From Planctomycetota bacterium (GTDB lineage Bacteria > Planctomycetota > UBA1135 > UBA2386): a DNA stretch of 64,000 nt. The notes beneath the pieces were generated by a model, which worked only from the letters and a program-made list of their open reading frames with translations, did not search any database and was not told where the DNA came from. A program made the translations under genes and the position numbers. Shown here piece by piece: positions 18,303 through 28,187 of the stretch (within the stretch, counting starts at the first letter, position 1; each line of letters opens with the position of its first letter). Location of the stretch: NCBI GenBank assembly GCA_965228735.1, contig OZ245838.1:1536001-1600000 (forward strand). Reading direction: 5' to 3'.

Positions 18303-20873
18303 CTACTGCCCGAAGTCCGCTTCGGTCAGCTCGAGTTCGACCCGCGTGACGGTCTCGTGCTCGGCGACCGTGAATCTGCGTTTCGCGCGCGGCGGCAGGT
18401 CGATCGTGTCGTTGCCGCGCAACGACCATTCGATCTCGTACTCCCCGGCGGCCGGAACGCGAAACGACGCGCGGCCGTTGCCGTCGAGGACGGCCTTCGG
18501 CGCCCACAGCCACGAGTGCCGCGCCGGATACCACATGCGTCCCGCGCCGCGCAGGTAGAGGGCGTGCTCCGTGTCCCACGGTTCGGGCCCCGGCGGTCGG
18601 TAGCGCTGGATCTGCGGATGCAGCCGTTGGCCCGCGCCCGGACGGCCGGACGGCAACTTCACGGTGAGTTCCACCAGCCGGCCGACCGGCATCCGGACCG
18701 TGACGTCACGCGCGACGCCACGAACGTCCTGCGTCGCGAAGCCGGGCGCGAGGATCTGCAGGTCGACCGGCAGCCGCGGCACGAGCAGGCGGCGCTCGCC
18801 GAGCTTCGTCGGCAGCGCGGTTCGGGGGCGATCACCGAGGCGCCCGGGGTCGACCACTACGGTCGCCCGCTCGACCGGCCGGCCGTCCTCGTCGACGACC
18901 CGCACGGTCAGGGTGTGCATCCCCTCGCCGAGTCGCTGAGCCGGCAACTCGACCTCTTCACCGCCCTTGATCTCGATGCCGCGCACCTCGACCAACGGCT
19001 CGGGACTGCCGAGCGCGCGGATCGAGAAGTCGTAGCGACCCGGACGCAGCGCCTGCCAGCGCGCGACCTCGCCGTTCTCCGGTTCGGGCCTCGCCGCGAT
19101 CGCGTAGTGGCTCACCACACTCGTCGTCACTTGCGTCGCCTCGTTCCGATGGCAGAACAGCAGATCGCTGCTCGTCAGTCCGCCTTCGAACGTCACCGCC
19201 ATGCGCGCGCTGCCCACCCGCGGCAGCACGTAGCGCACGCCCCTTGCACCGACGACGAACGGCACCATCGGGCCCGTGTTGTCGCCGTGCTCGGCGTAGA
19301 GCGACAGCCGCCCGCCGACGTGGTGCACGCGTAGCTCGAACGTGCCGTCCGCGGCGCTCGTGTCGTCCCGGTTGCTGAGTCCGCCGATCGTCCAGGCCTC
19401 CTCCTCGGGATCACCCTGCAGCACCATCACGTTCGCGTCGGCGACCGGCACGCCGGCGTCGTCGACGATCTGCCCCGCGACGAGGATCGGCGGCCTGCGG
19501 AGCACGACGTCGCCGAGCTCGTTGCGGCCCTCGGTGAGACCGAGATCGGCCAGGTCGAAGAACGCCTGCTGTTCGAGGTTGGTGATCGTGCGACGGAAGA
19601 TCACGCCGCGTTCCTCCGGCCCGGACGGCAGACCGGGAACCGCGGTGTGGAACAAGCCGTTCTCGCCCGTCTCGAAGTACTGGTTGTAGTAGCCGCGCTC
19701 TTGCTGCACGTGCGTCGCGTACCAGTAGCCCGCCTGCGGCACGCCGTGCTCGTCGACGAGTCGGCCGCTCAGCGTCGGATTGCGCGTGACGGTGAGCCGG
19801 TGCTCGACCCGTTCGCCCCAGGCCGTCGGACCGGCGAACTCGAGGACGCCACTCACACCCGGCGAGGACAGCTCGAGCCGGAAGCGCAGTCCGATACCGA
19901 CGTGCAGAAGATCGAGCCGCGGCCCGTCGAACGGCAGCCAGAAGCGGCGTTCGTTGCCCTGCAACAGCTGATAGAGGCGGGCATAGACCGTCTCGGTCAG
20001 GTCTTCCACGGGCCGGCCGTCGCGGTCGACGAGCTCGACGTGGACCGAACCCGTGCCCGGCAGCTGCAGCACGTACGGTTCCGCCGCCACCGCATCGAAC
20101 TCGACGCGCGCGAAGACCGGTCGTTCGAGCGGAAAGCCGAGCAGCACCGCACCGTCGTTGCCCCAGTCGTCGCGGATGAACTGCTGCGCGTGGTGGAACG
20201 TCACGATGCCGTCGGGCTCGGTCGTCTCCCGGAACACCTGCATCGAGAACCGCTCGATGCCGGCGTCGTCGGCGAGCGCCACGCGCACTCTGGCGACGGG
20301 TCGGCCGCCCGGGTCGATCACCTGGGCGCGAATCGTGATGTCGCGGACGAGGTGCAGTTCGTGCACCTCCGCGGCCTGCGCGATCGGCACGAAGACCAGG
20401 CCAAACCGGTCGGCGTCGCGCCCGTAGACCGTCCAGCTCAGCACGTCTTCGAACGGGATCGAGACCCGGCCTTCGGCGTCGCTCGTGCGGAGCTCACCGG
20501 CGAACGCGAGTCGCTCGCGCTCGCGGTCGTCATGGCGATAGTCCTCGGACACGCGTTCCACGTGCCAGCCGACCTCGGCGCCGGCGACGGGTTGGCCCGA
20601 CTCGTCGACGACCCGCACCGTGACGTGCCGCGGTCCGCTCTCCTCCGCGGCCGGGACGGCGTGCTCCCGTTCGATCGACGACGACCCGGCCACGGCAGAG
20701 CTCACCGCGCGGCGCTCCGGCGTCCCCGCCGGCGAAGCGGCGGTCGGGCCCTCCGCGGGTGGCCGATCCGGCGCAGCCGTCTCGCCCCCAGCGCTGATCC
20801 ACCAGGCGACGACCGCCAACGCGACGATCCCGAGCGCGAGGGCAAAGAGCGAGCGATTCCGCGTAGCAACCAT
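18303..20873 (-). CDS. Membrane-anchored protein with carboxypeptidase-regulatory-like (beta-sandwich) repeats
   Basis: N-terminal TM; repeated VxVVDxxGxPVxxAxV motifs. Start estimated at MVATRNR. Confidence 0.8.
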   Translation of the reverse strand: MVATRNRSLFALALGIVALAVVAWWISAGGETAAPDRPPAEGPTAASPAGTPERRAVSSAVAGSSSIEREHAVPAAEESGPRHVTVRVVDESGQPVAGAEVGWHVERVSEDYRHDDRERERLAFAGELRTSDAEGRVSIPFEDVLSWTVYGRDADRFGLVFVPIAQAAEVHELHLVRDITIRAQVIDPGGRPVARVRVALADDAGIERFSMQVFRETTEPDGIVTFHHAQQFIRDDWGNDGAVLLGFPLERPVFARVEFDAVAAEPYVLQLPGTGSVHVELVDRDGRPVEDLTETVYARLYQLLQGNERRFWLPFDGPRLDLLHVGIGLRFRLELSSPGVSGVLEFAGPTAWGERVEHRLTVTRNPTLSGRLVDEHGVPQAGYWYATHVQQERGYYNQYFETGENGLFHTAVPGLPSGPEERGVIFRRTITNLEQQAFFDLADLGLTEGRNELGDVVLRRPPILVAGQIVDDAGVPVADANVMVLQGDPEEEAWTIGGLSNRDDTSAADGTFELRVHHVGGRLSLYAEHGDNTGPMVPFVVGARGVRYVLPRVGSARMAVTFEGGLTSSDLLFCHRNEATQVTTSVVSHYAIAARPEPENGEVARWQALRPGRYDFSIRALGSPEPLVEVRGIEIKGGEEVELPAQRLGEGMHTLTVRVVDEDGRPVERATVVVDPGRLGDRPRTALPTKLGERRLLVPRLPVDLQILAPGFATQDVRGVARDVTVRMPVGRLVELTVKLPSGRPGAGQRLHPQIQRYRPPGPEPWDTEHALYLRGAGRMWYPARHSWLWAPKAVLDGNGRASFRVPAAGEYEIEWSLRGNDTIDLPPRAKRRFTVAEHETVTRVELELTEADFGQ

Positions 20874-20953
20874 GATCCGAGGACGGCGCAATGACCCCGC
20901 CAGCTCTACCGATGTCAGGACGGATTCCGGATCGCCAGTTTTTCCCGACTCGC

Positions 20954-22267
20954 TCAGTGGCGATCGGCCGGCAACCGCGCGATCACGCAGTCGCCCTTGC
21001 CCTTCTCGTCGGTGATCGATTGCACGGTCCACAGATCGAGCCGGTTGTCGCCGTCGATCGCGCAGCCGCTGTAGTCGCCCCAGGACACGCCGTCCGTGGC
21101 GCCGCGACCTTCGCCGAGGCTCAGGATCGCCCGCAGCTCGCCGGGCGGATCAGTTGCGCGACGGAACGCCAACCGCGGGCTGATGAACATGTCCGGGCTC
21201 GTCTCCTGGAAGCCGACGAGCACGTCGAGCCGTTCGTTCACCGCGAGCGAGGTCTGGATGTAGCTCGACGTCGGACTGCGCAGCAACCCGGACTGGACGA
21301 ACGTGCCGTCGAGCTTCACCTGATGCCACTGCACCGCGGCGCGGCCGTCGCAGTCGATCGTGTGGCTGAACCACAGGCAGCCGCCCTGCAGCACGAGGTT
21401 CTTCGGGTTGCGGTCGCCGGACGCGGTGAGCTGGTCGGTGCCCTGCTGCGGCGACTGCGGTGGCCAGCCGAAGTGCGCGAAGCCGTGCGGCGCGCGCGCC
21501 ACCTCGACGGCGACCGGCGCGCCACTCGCCGCGGTCGTCACCTTGCGGATCACGATGTCACGCCGCGTCAGCTGCACGAAGTGGAGGTCGCCCTCATCGT
21601 CCTGTGTCAGCACCGGATGGCCGAGACTGCCGGCGAAGTGATGCACCGTGACCGGCTTGCCGGCCTTGCACGTCGCCGTCGCCATCACGAACGTGCGCTC
21701 CGGTCCACCCGGGAACGAGTAGCCGATCCAATCGCGACTCACGCCGATGCCGCCGCCGTCGACGCCCTTCGGTGCCGGCACCGGAAACGTCGCCCACGCG
21801 CCGGTCGGATCCGACGTGCGCGAGACCGACACGTTCACGGGCTTCTGCTCGGCCTCGTCCCAGGGGTTCCACAGATCGAACCCGAACACCTGGTGGTTCG
21901 GGCAGAAGAACACCTTCGGATCGATGCCGCCGTTGAACCCGCGCTGCGAGACGCCCGCCACGAACGCCCCCGCCTTGTCGTAGAGGTGCAGACCGTGATT
22001 CGTCGCGTGCAGCACGTGACCGCCGCCGACCGCGATCTGCGGGTCGACCTGGCGGTTGCCGTCCATCGCGCCGTCGAAGACGAGCAGACCGTCGACCGTC
22101 CGCGGGTTGCCGCCCTGGCGCCGCTCCGGCGTCTTGCCGTCGCGGTCGAACGACGTCATGAGGATTGGCTCGATCGTTTCGCTGCGCGTTGGCGAAACGT
22201 GTTCGGCGGACTCCTGCGCCGGCAACGATCCGAGCAGCCCAAGAACGAGGACGAGTCGAGCGATCAC
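20954..22267 (-). CDS. Secreted hypothetical protein (WGDYS-motif family)
   Basis: Signal peptide; VDPQIAVGGGHVLHATN and SWGDYSG motifs. Confidence 0.75.
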   Translation of the reverse strand: MIARLVLVLGLLGSLPAQESAEHVSPTRSETIEPILMTSFDRDGKTPERRQGGNPRTVDGLLVFDGAMDGNRQVDPQIAVGGGHVLHATNHGLHLYDKAGAFVAGVSQRGFNGGIDPKVFFCPNHQVFGFDLWNPWDEAEQKPVNVSVSRTSDPTGAWATFPVPAPKGVDGGGIGVSRDWIGYSFPGGPERTFVMATATCKAGKPVTVHHFAGSLGHPVLTQDDEGDLHFVQLTRRDIVIRKVTTAASGAPVAVEVARAPHGFAHFGWPPQSPQQGTDQLTASGDRNPKNLVLQGGCLWFSHTIDCDGRAAVQWHQVKLDGTFVQSGLLRSPTSSYIQTSLAVNERLDVLVGFQETSPDMFISPRLAFRRATDPPGELRAILSLGEGRGATDGVSWGDYSGCAIDGDNRLDLWTVQSITDEKGKGDCVIARLPADRH

Positions 22268-22509
22268 GAAGTGAACATACGGAACCCGGAATCTTTGTCT
22301 CGCCCAGGAAGCCGACGTGGCCGGACCACTCGACGAACGTCGCGGCAGCGTCTCGACGCCGGGGCTCCCATCGCAGGCCCACCTGGCGACCGTGGGGACC
22401 TCTACGAGACCGCCATGCCACTGGCGCTACCGGCGCACCCGTCAAACCGACTGCGGAGAACCCCGCCACCGGAACGATAGATCCGAAGAGATAGCCGGGG
22501 GAACCACGC

Positions 22510-23466
22510 ATGAGCCAGCAAGACCGACAACAAGAGAAGCGCCATCAGGCGGTGCGCCGCGAGCTCACCAAGCTCTGCGACAAGACGGAGAAGACCCTGG
22601 TGCCGCTGCAGCGGGTGCTGGTCTCGGCCGTCACGCAGGCGGGCAACCCGGACGTGATGGACCGGATCGACCGTTTGCAGCAGCAGCTCTCGATGGTGAA
22701 CGGCGCCCTCCACCAGTTGCAGTCCAGACGCTACCAACGCAACGGGGGCGCCAGCGCCCGCATCGCGGCGCGGCTGGTCAACGACATGGGAACGACCGCG
22801 GGCAACAGCGACAGCGCGAGTGCGGCCTCGGATGACGGCAAGCAGGGCACCCCGAGCTTCACGGGGAAGAGCCCCGACTACCCGCTCGCGGACGCGCTCA
22901 GCTTCCTGCAGAACCACGAGAAGTCCGGCCAGCTGCAGATCCGACTGACCGACGAAACGATCACGTTCGGGATCGACAAGGGCCAGATCGTGCAGACGGC
23001 GACCGACACGGCGCGCCGCGGCGAGCGCCTCGGCGACATCCTGATCGACAACGGCGCCGTCCAGTTCGAGCAGATGCTGTCGCACATCGACTCGCACCGC
23101 GGCGCGAACAAGCTCCTCGGCACGGCCCTCGTCGAAGACGGCATCGTCACGGAGCAGGCGCTGACCACGGCGCTCGTCGAGCAGGTTCAGCGCCGCTTCG
23201 ACCGGGTGTTCGCGCAAGAGACCTGCGCGTTCGCGTTCTTCGAGAACGTGCCCACCGCCACCTCGGGCCTGCGCTTCGACATCGGCGAGTTCCTCGTCGA
23301 CGCGGGCCACACGGCCCCCGCCCCGACCGCGCCGGGCACGGCACCGGCGTTCGGATCCGACGGCTCGGGGTCGAGCGCGGACGTCTGGGGCGACTACGGC
23401 GTCCCACCCGAGAGGAAGTTCCAGGGCACGCCGAGCGACGCGTGGAACTCACCTGAGTCCCGGTAG
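22510..23466 (+). CDS. DUF4388/PATAN-domain protein with MshEN-like motifs
   Basis: FTGKSPDYPLADALSFLQNHEKSGQLQI; RLGDILIDNG...LLGTALVEDG; N-terminal coiled coil. Confidence 0.8.
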   Translation: MSQQDRQQEKRHQAVRRELTKLCDKTEKTLVPLQRVLVSAVTQAGNPDVMDRIDRLQQQLSMVNGALHQLQSRRYQRNGGASARIAARLVNDMGTTAGNSDSASAASDDGKQGTPSFTGKSPDYPLADALSFLQNHEKSGQLQIRLTDETITFGIDKGQIVQTATDTARRGERLGDILIDNGAVQFEQMLSHIDSHRGANKLLGTALVEDGIVTEQALTTALVEQVQRRFDRVFAQETCAFAFFENVPTATSGLRFDIGEFLVDAGHTAPAPTAPGTAPAFGSDGSGSSADVWGDYGVPPERKFQGTPSDAWNSPESR

Positions 23467-23477
23467 AGAGCACGACC

Positions 23478-24563
23478 ATGAGCACGACCATCTCGATGGA
23501 CGATCTGCTGACCGTCATGGTGCGGTCGCGGGCTTCCGACCTCCACGTCGGCGTCGGTTCGCCACCCGCGGTGCGGATCGACGGCCGCATCCGCCGCATC
23601 GAGAACACCGAGGCTCTGAGCCAGGACGACGCGAAGCGCCTGATCCACGAGATCATGTCGCCCGAACAGAGAGCGGCGTTCGAGCAACGCCCGGACATCG
23701 ACTTCTCGTACTCGCGAACCGGCGTCGGCCGCTTCCGCGTGAACGCGCTCTCGCGTCGCAACAGCATCGCGATGGTCGCGCGCCACATCCCGCACGAGAT
23801 CCCGAGCGCCGCGCAGCTCGGCCTGCCCGGCGTCTGCCGCAAGCTCGCGGAACGGCCACGGGGCCTCGTGCTCGTCACGGGCCCGACGGGCAGCGGCAAG
23901 TCGACGACGCTCGCCGCGATCCTCGACTTCATCAACGGCACGCGCGAGGGCCACATCCTCACGCTCGAGGATCCGATCGAGTTCATTCACGCCGAGAAGA
24001 AGTGCATCGTCACCCAGCGTGAGATCGGCTCGGACACGGAATCGTTCGCCCAGGGCCTGCGCGCCGGCCTGCGCCAGGATCCCGACATCATCATGATCGG
24101 CGAGATGCGCGACCTCGAGACCGTGCAACTCGCGATCACCGCGGCCGAGACGGGACACCTCGTGCTCGGCACGCTGCACACGACGAGCGCGATCACGACG
24201 ATCGACCGGATCATCGACGTCTTTCCGCACGAGTCGCAGCAGCAGGTCCGCGTGCAGCTCGCGAACTCGCTGCAGGGCGTGATCTCGCAGTGCCTGCTCC
24301 CGCGCGTCGGCGGCGGCCGGATCGCCGCCCACGAGGTGCTCGTCAGCACCGACAGCGTGCGATCGAACATCCGCGACGGCAAATCGGCCCAGCTCGTCAA
24401 CGTGCTGCAGACCGGCCGCAGCCACGGCATGATCCTGCTCGAGGATCGCCTGATCGAACTCGTGAACGGTGGCTACATCGAACTCGAAACCGCGGCCCAG
24501 GCCGCCAACCGCCCGGACGAGGTCATGAGCAAGTGCGCGCCCAAGGTCGCTGCGCCGGCCTGA
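23478..24563 (+). CDS. pilT: Type IV pilus retraction ATPase PilT family
   Basis: ASDLH, Walker A GPTGSGKSTT, LEDPIEF, LRQDPDIIMIGEMRD, GHLVLGTLH, SVRSNIRDGK (AIRNLIRE-like). Confidence 0.92.
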   Translation: MSTTISMDDLLTVMVRSRASDLHVGVGSPPAVRIDGRIRRIENTEALSQDDAKRLIHEIMSPEQRAAFEQRPDIDFSYSRTGVGRFRVNALSRRNSIAMVARHIPHEIPSAAQLGLPGVCRKLAERPRGLVLVTGPTGSGKSTTLAAILDFINGTREGHILTLEDPIEFIHAEKKCIVTQREIGSDTESFAQGLRAGLRQDPDIIMIGEMRDLETVQLAITAAETGHLVLGTLHTTSAITTIDRIIDVFPHESQQQVRVQLANSLQGVISQCLLPRVGGGRIAAHEVLVSTDSVRSNIRDGKSAQLVNVLQTGRSHGMILLEDRLIELVNGGYIELETAAQAANRPDEVMSKCAPKVAAPA

Positions 24564-24565
24564 GT

Positions 24566-25450
24566 TCAGTCCAGGCGAACGCTACCCCAGAGACCGAGGA
24601 CCTCGCCCGGCGCCAGCGCCTCCGCGCGCTGCCCGAGGTCGACGTGGGCGTTCGCCAGGACGACCTCCGAGTCCATGCCCATCGCCTTCGCCGTGCGCGC
24701 CAGCGTGTTCCGCAGGGTCTTGCGGCGCTGCTGGAACAACGCGCGAACGAAGCGGGCGAACTCCTGGCGCGCGGTCGCCTCGACGAGCAGCTCGGGCAGC
24801 TCGGCGCGGCGTTCGAGCTGCAGCACGGCGGACATGACCTTGGGCCGCGGGCGGAAGACCTGCGGCGGCACGTCGCGCAGGACCGTCGCCTCGAACACGT
24901 TCTGCGCGAGCACGCTGAGGCTGCCGTAGTCGGGCGTCGACGGTGACGCGGCGAGGCGCTGCGCGAGTTCTTTCTGCACGAGGAGGATCGCGCGGTCGGG
25001 CAGCTGCGGCAGGCACGCGAGCTCGGCGATCAGCGGGCCGGAGATCGAATACGGCAGGTTGGCGACCAGCAGCGCGCGGCCGCCGCGCTCCGTCGCGGCC
25101 GTGAGCGCCGCGGGGATCGCGGGCAGCAGGCCCTGGTCGGCGAGTGCGTCGCCGAGCACGAGCTCGACGTTGGCGCGACTCTGCAGATCGCGGCGCGCGA
25201 TCGTCAGCAGGCGGTCGTCGATCTCGATGCCGACGACCCTGCCCGCGACCGCGGCGAGCTCGCGCGTGAGGAACCCGAGCCCGACACCGATCTCCACGAC
25301 CGTGTCGTTCGCACCCGCGCCGGCCTGTTCCGCGAGCCAGCGGTGCAGCGACGGATCGAGCAGGAAGTTCTGCCCCCGGCGCGTGCTCGGCTGGAAACCC
25401 AGCGCGCTCATCGCATCGCGATAGTGGGCGAAGTCGTCGCGCTCCGTCAT
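24566..25450 (-). CDS. rsmA: 16S rRNA m6,2A dimethyltransferase RsmA/KsgA
   Basis: GQNFLLD, VEIGVGLGFLT, VANLPYSIS, QKELAQRL, FRPRPKVMS. Confidence 0.95.
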   Translation of the reverse strand: MTERDDFAHYRDAMSALGFQPSTRRGQNFLLDPSLHRWLAEQAGAGANDTVVEIGVGLGFLTRELAAVAGRVVGIEIDDRLLTIARRDLQSRANVELVLGDALADQGLLPAIPAALTAATERGGRALLVANLPYSISGPLIAELACLPQLPDRAILLVQKELAQRLAASPSTPDYGSLSVLAQNVFEATVLRDVPPQVFRPRPKVMSAVLQLERRAELPELLVEATARQEFARFVRALFQQRRKTLRNTLARTAKAMGMDSEVVLANAHVDLGQRAEALAPGEVLGLWGSVRLD

Positions 25451-25455
25451 GTCCC

Positions 25456-26547
25456 TCAGGGCCGCAGCTGCTGCAGGAGCCAGCGCGCCACGGGGCCATC
25501 GCCGAGGGCGCCCGGTTCGAGACCATCGAGCGCGCGCCGCAGCGCCGCGCGGTGCCCGCGCCGACGCACGAAGCGCGTCAGCCGTTCGTAGTCCGCGGTC
25601 GTCGGCTCGACGTCGACGGTGGCCAGCGCACGCAGCAGTTCATCGGGTGATGCGACGAGGCGGATGCCGGTCCGTTCGCGACGCACGCCGGCAAGCACGC
25701 GTTCGTCCGGCAAGGGCGGCTGCTTGTCGTCCGGCCACATGAAGGACTGGAAGTCCGCACCGACGACGAGGCGCGGCACGGCATCGGAGCGCGGTGCGAC
25801 GGCGGTCAGGGCGGGCACGACACCAGGCAGCACCTGCCACACGGCTACGGCGCGCGTGCGGCGGGCGACCTCCAAGCCGGACTGGTAGTCGAGGCTCGGC
25901 AGCAAGGGCACAGACACCTCGCCGTCGCTCTTCTCGGCACACCAATCGAGCGGCACGGTCTCGGTCCATTCACTCACGTTGCCGACGAGGTCGTAGGGCT
26001 GACCGACAACACTCGGACTGCGACGCCCGGACTCGAACGCGCCGACCGGGGTCGGGGCCGCGAGTCCGAGATCCGCGGTGTTCGCCCTGGTCGCGATCGG
26101 CTTGTCCCCCCAGGGAAAGTAGTACCAGCCGATCACCGCGTGCCACTCGTCGCGCTGCGGCAACCGCGCGTAGCGCCACGCCGCGAACGCCCGTGCCTGC
26201 CGCAGGCTCACGAGCCCGACGGGCCAGACCGGATCGCCGCCGAGCGTCGCGGTCTCGGCACGAACCGCGGCCCCCTCGGGCGTCGCCGCGAACTCGCGCC
26301 AGTCGGCCCGCGTCACCTCGAAGCGGTCGACGAACAGCGCCTTGGCAGCACCCCGATCGAGCCGTCGTTCGAAGAGCACGAAGTCGCGCAGCGTGCCGAA
26401 GCGCCCCACGCGAGCGGGCGGCGCGACTGCCGATTCCGGGTCTGCACCGACCTCGTCGCCGGGCGCGCCATCGCAGCTCGCGGCGAGAACTCCGCACGCG
26501 AGCACGACGAGCGCGACGGCGCGCGGCGGCGACGTCCGCTCAGCCAT
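25456..26547 (-). CDS. FGE-sulfatase (SUMF1) domain lipoprotein
   Basis: Lipobox-like LAASC; DRFEVT, RLP..DEW, FPWG, YDLVGNVSEW, TGIRLV. Start ATG 26547 overlaps the stop of the ompA-family gene. Confidence 0.8.
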   Translation of the reverse strand: MAERTSPPRAVALVVLACGVLAASCDGAPGDEVGADPESAVAPPARVGRFGTLRDFVLFERRLDRGAAKALFVDRFEVTRADWREFAATPEGAAVRAETATLGGDPVWPVGLVSLRQARAFAAWRYARLPQRDEWHAVIGWYYFPWGDKPIATRANTADLGLAAPTPVGAFESGRRSPSVVGQPYDLVGNVSEWTETVPLDWCAEKSDGEVSVPLLPSLDYQSGLEVARRTRAVAVWQVLPGVVPALTAVAPRSDAVPRLVVGADFQSFMWPDDKQPPLPDERVLAGVRRERTGIRLVASPDELLRALATVDVEPTTADYERLTRFVRRRGHRAALRRALDGLEPGALGDGPVARWLLQQLRP

Positions 26548-27253
26548 CCAGCAGCAGGATCTCGACGCGACGGTTCCGGGCGCGGGCCGCGTCCGTGTTG
26601 CCCGGGTCGGCGGGGCGGTGTTCGCCGTAGCCCGCGACACTGATCTGCGTCGCGTCGAGGCCGCCCGCCTGCGTCAGGAAGTCCGCGACCGCGAGCGCGC
26701 GTTCGGCCGACAGCCGCAGGTTGGTGCCCCAACGGCTGCGCTGGATCGGCGTGTCGTCCGTATGGCCCTCGACGCGGATGCGACGCCCGCGCAGGTCGTC
26801 CATCAGGCCCTGCAGGGTGCGCTTGCCGCCGTCGGACAGGTCGTTGCGACCCGAGGAGAACAGCACGCCACCCGCCACGCGGAACGCGTAACCCTCGGGC
26901 GTCGACACGAGATCGACCCCGTCGACGCGACTCGGCGCCTCCTTGCCGTACTTGCCGAGCAGCTCGGCGAGCTGCTTCTTCTTCGCCTTCACCCACTCGG
27001 CGTCGACGGCGTTCTTGCCGAGCTCGTTGACCTGCCCGCGCAGACGATCGTTCTCGAGCGCGAGTTCCTTCTGGCTCTCGATGAGCTGCGCGAGCTGGGC
27101 CTGCATGGCCTGGTTGGCGCCGACGACGCGGCGATGGGCTTCGGGACTCACGCAACCGGCAGCGACGACGGTGAGCGCCAGGACGGCGAGAGCGGCGCCG
27201 CGGCGAACGCGGTGCGCGCAGACATGGCTCGCGGAGGTAAGGCTGTGCTTCAT
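26540..27253 (-). CDS. OmpA/MotB family peptidoglycan-binding lipoprotein
   Basis: Lipobox AAGC, coiled coil, VEGHTDD, NLRLSAERA, NRRVEI. Confidence 0.92.
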   Translation of the reverse strand: MKHSLTSASHVCAHRVRRGAALAVLALTVVAAGCVSPEAHRRVVGANQAMQAQLAQLIESQKELALENDRLRGQVNELGKNAVDAEWVKAKKKQLAELLGKYGKEAPSRVDGVDLVSTPEGYAFRVAGGVLFSSGRNDLSDGGKRTLQGLMDDLRGRRIRVEGHTDDTPIQRSRWGTNLRLSAERALAVADFLTQAGGLDATQISVAGYGEHRPADPGNTDAARARNRRVEILLLDG

Positions 27254-27381
27254 CGGTGTATCCCCCCGACCCCCTCGCGAACCACCGCTGGGAGTCAGGC
27301 AATGACCGGTCGGGCCGACCGGAGGCCCTTGCGATCGGGTATCACCGTAGCCGAGCGGTCACGGAAAAGCCACGCCGCCGC

Positions 27382-27425
27382 AAACGCAAAACGCGCTCCG
27401 GCGCCATCGCTGGCGGGGAGCGCGT
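27382..27425 (-). terminator. Possible intrinsic terminator after the HTH gene
   Basis: Imperfect stem acgcgctcc..cgcca-tcgc-tggcg..ggagcgcgt, followed on the minus strand by TTTGCGTTT. Confidence 0.5.
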
Positions 27426-27472
27426 GTCGATTCGTCAAGCCACTCGGCCTGACGAATGATCGCCGGACTGGC

Positions 27473-27985
27473 CTACTTCTCGCCAGCCCAGACGGACGTG
27501 AAGGCGCTGTAGTTGTCGAACGTGATGTCCGCGGCGTGGATCGCGCCCCAGACCATCACGACGAAGCCGACGATCGCGGCAGCCGTGACCCAGGCCGGGG
27601 TGGGCTCTTCCGGCGCGCCCGCAGCGGCCATCGCCGGCGCGCGGGCCGCGCGACCACCAGCGTTGCCGGCCCGACGGCCACTGCCGCGACGCGGGGTCGG
27701 CTCCTCGATGACGACGTCGTCGTCCGCGAGCAGGGTGTCCTCGTCCGACAGCTGCTCCGTGACCATGCCCGTGTCGTCCTCGAGCGAATCGGCGAACGAC
27801 AGCTCGGACTCACCTTCGGACTGCGACATCAGCGCGTCGACGTCCTCGGCGCGGAACTTCATCGAGTCGCCATCGCGGAAGGCACGAATCTCGCCTTCAC
27901 TGACGAGCTTCTTGAGTTCCTCGCTGCGCATCTTCAGATCGCGCAGCGCATTCTCGAAGGAAACGAAATCGTCGCTCTTGGACAC
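27473..27985 (-). CDS. Excisionase-like HTH protein with acidic linker and C-terminal TM
   Basis: FVSFENALRDLKMRSEELKKLVSEGEIRAFRDGDSMKFRAEDV; TM WVTAAAIVGFVVMVWGAI. Confidence 0.8.
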   Translation of the reverse strand: MSKSDDFVSFENALRDLKMRSEELKKLVSEGEIRAFRDGDSMKFRAEDVDALMSQSEGESELSFADSLEDDTGMVTEQLSDEDTLLADDDVVIEEPTPRRGSGRRAGNAGGRAARAPAMAAAGAPEEPTPAWVTAAAIVGFVVMVWGAIHAADITFDNYSAFTSVWAGEK

Positions 27986-28187
27986 GGACTAACCTCGGGG
28001 TGTGCTTGGAAGGGATCCCGCAATGCCGCCAAGGGACGGACCTTCCGGGAGAGGGACAGAGGGAATCAAAGGGGTTGGGAGAGCCCGGCACGGCGCCTTG
28101 ACGCCGGCCGAGGCTCAGTAGCTTACCGCGCGATCGGGGTTTGTGTAGCCCGATCTTCCCGGCCAGGGGGTCGGCCCGGGGCCCCGA

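Noticed and set aside
25456..26547. FGE-domain gene as a diversity-generating retroelement target
   Set aside because: No reverse transcriptase and no TR/VR repeat pair seen in the window.
27473..27985. Excisionase as evidence of a prophage or ICE
   Set aside because: No integrase, att site or phage genes nearby; the protein has a TM anchor and sits among housekeeping genes.
28098..28124. TTGACG...TAGCTT promoter-like motif on the + strand
   Set aside because: The spacer is only 15 nt and it points antisense to all neighbouring genes.
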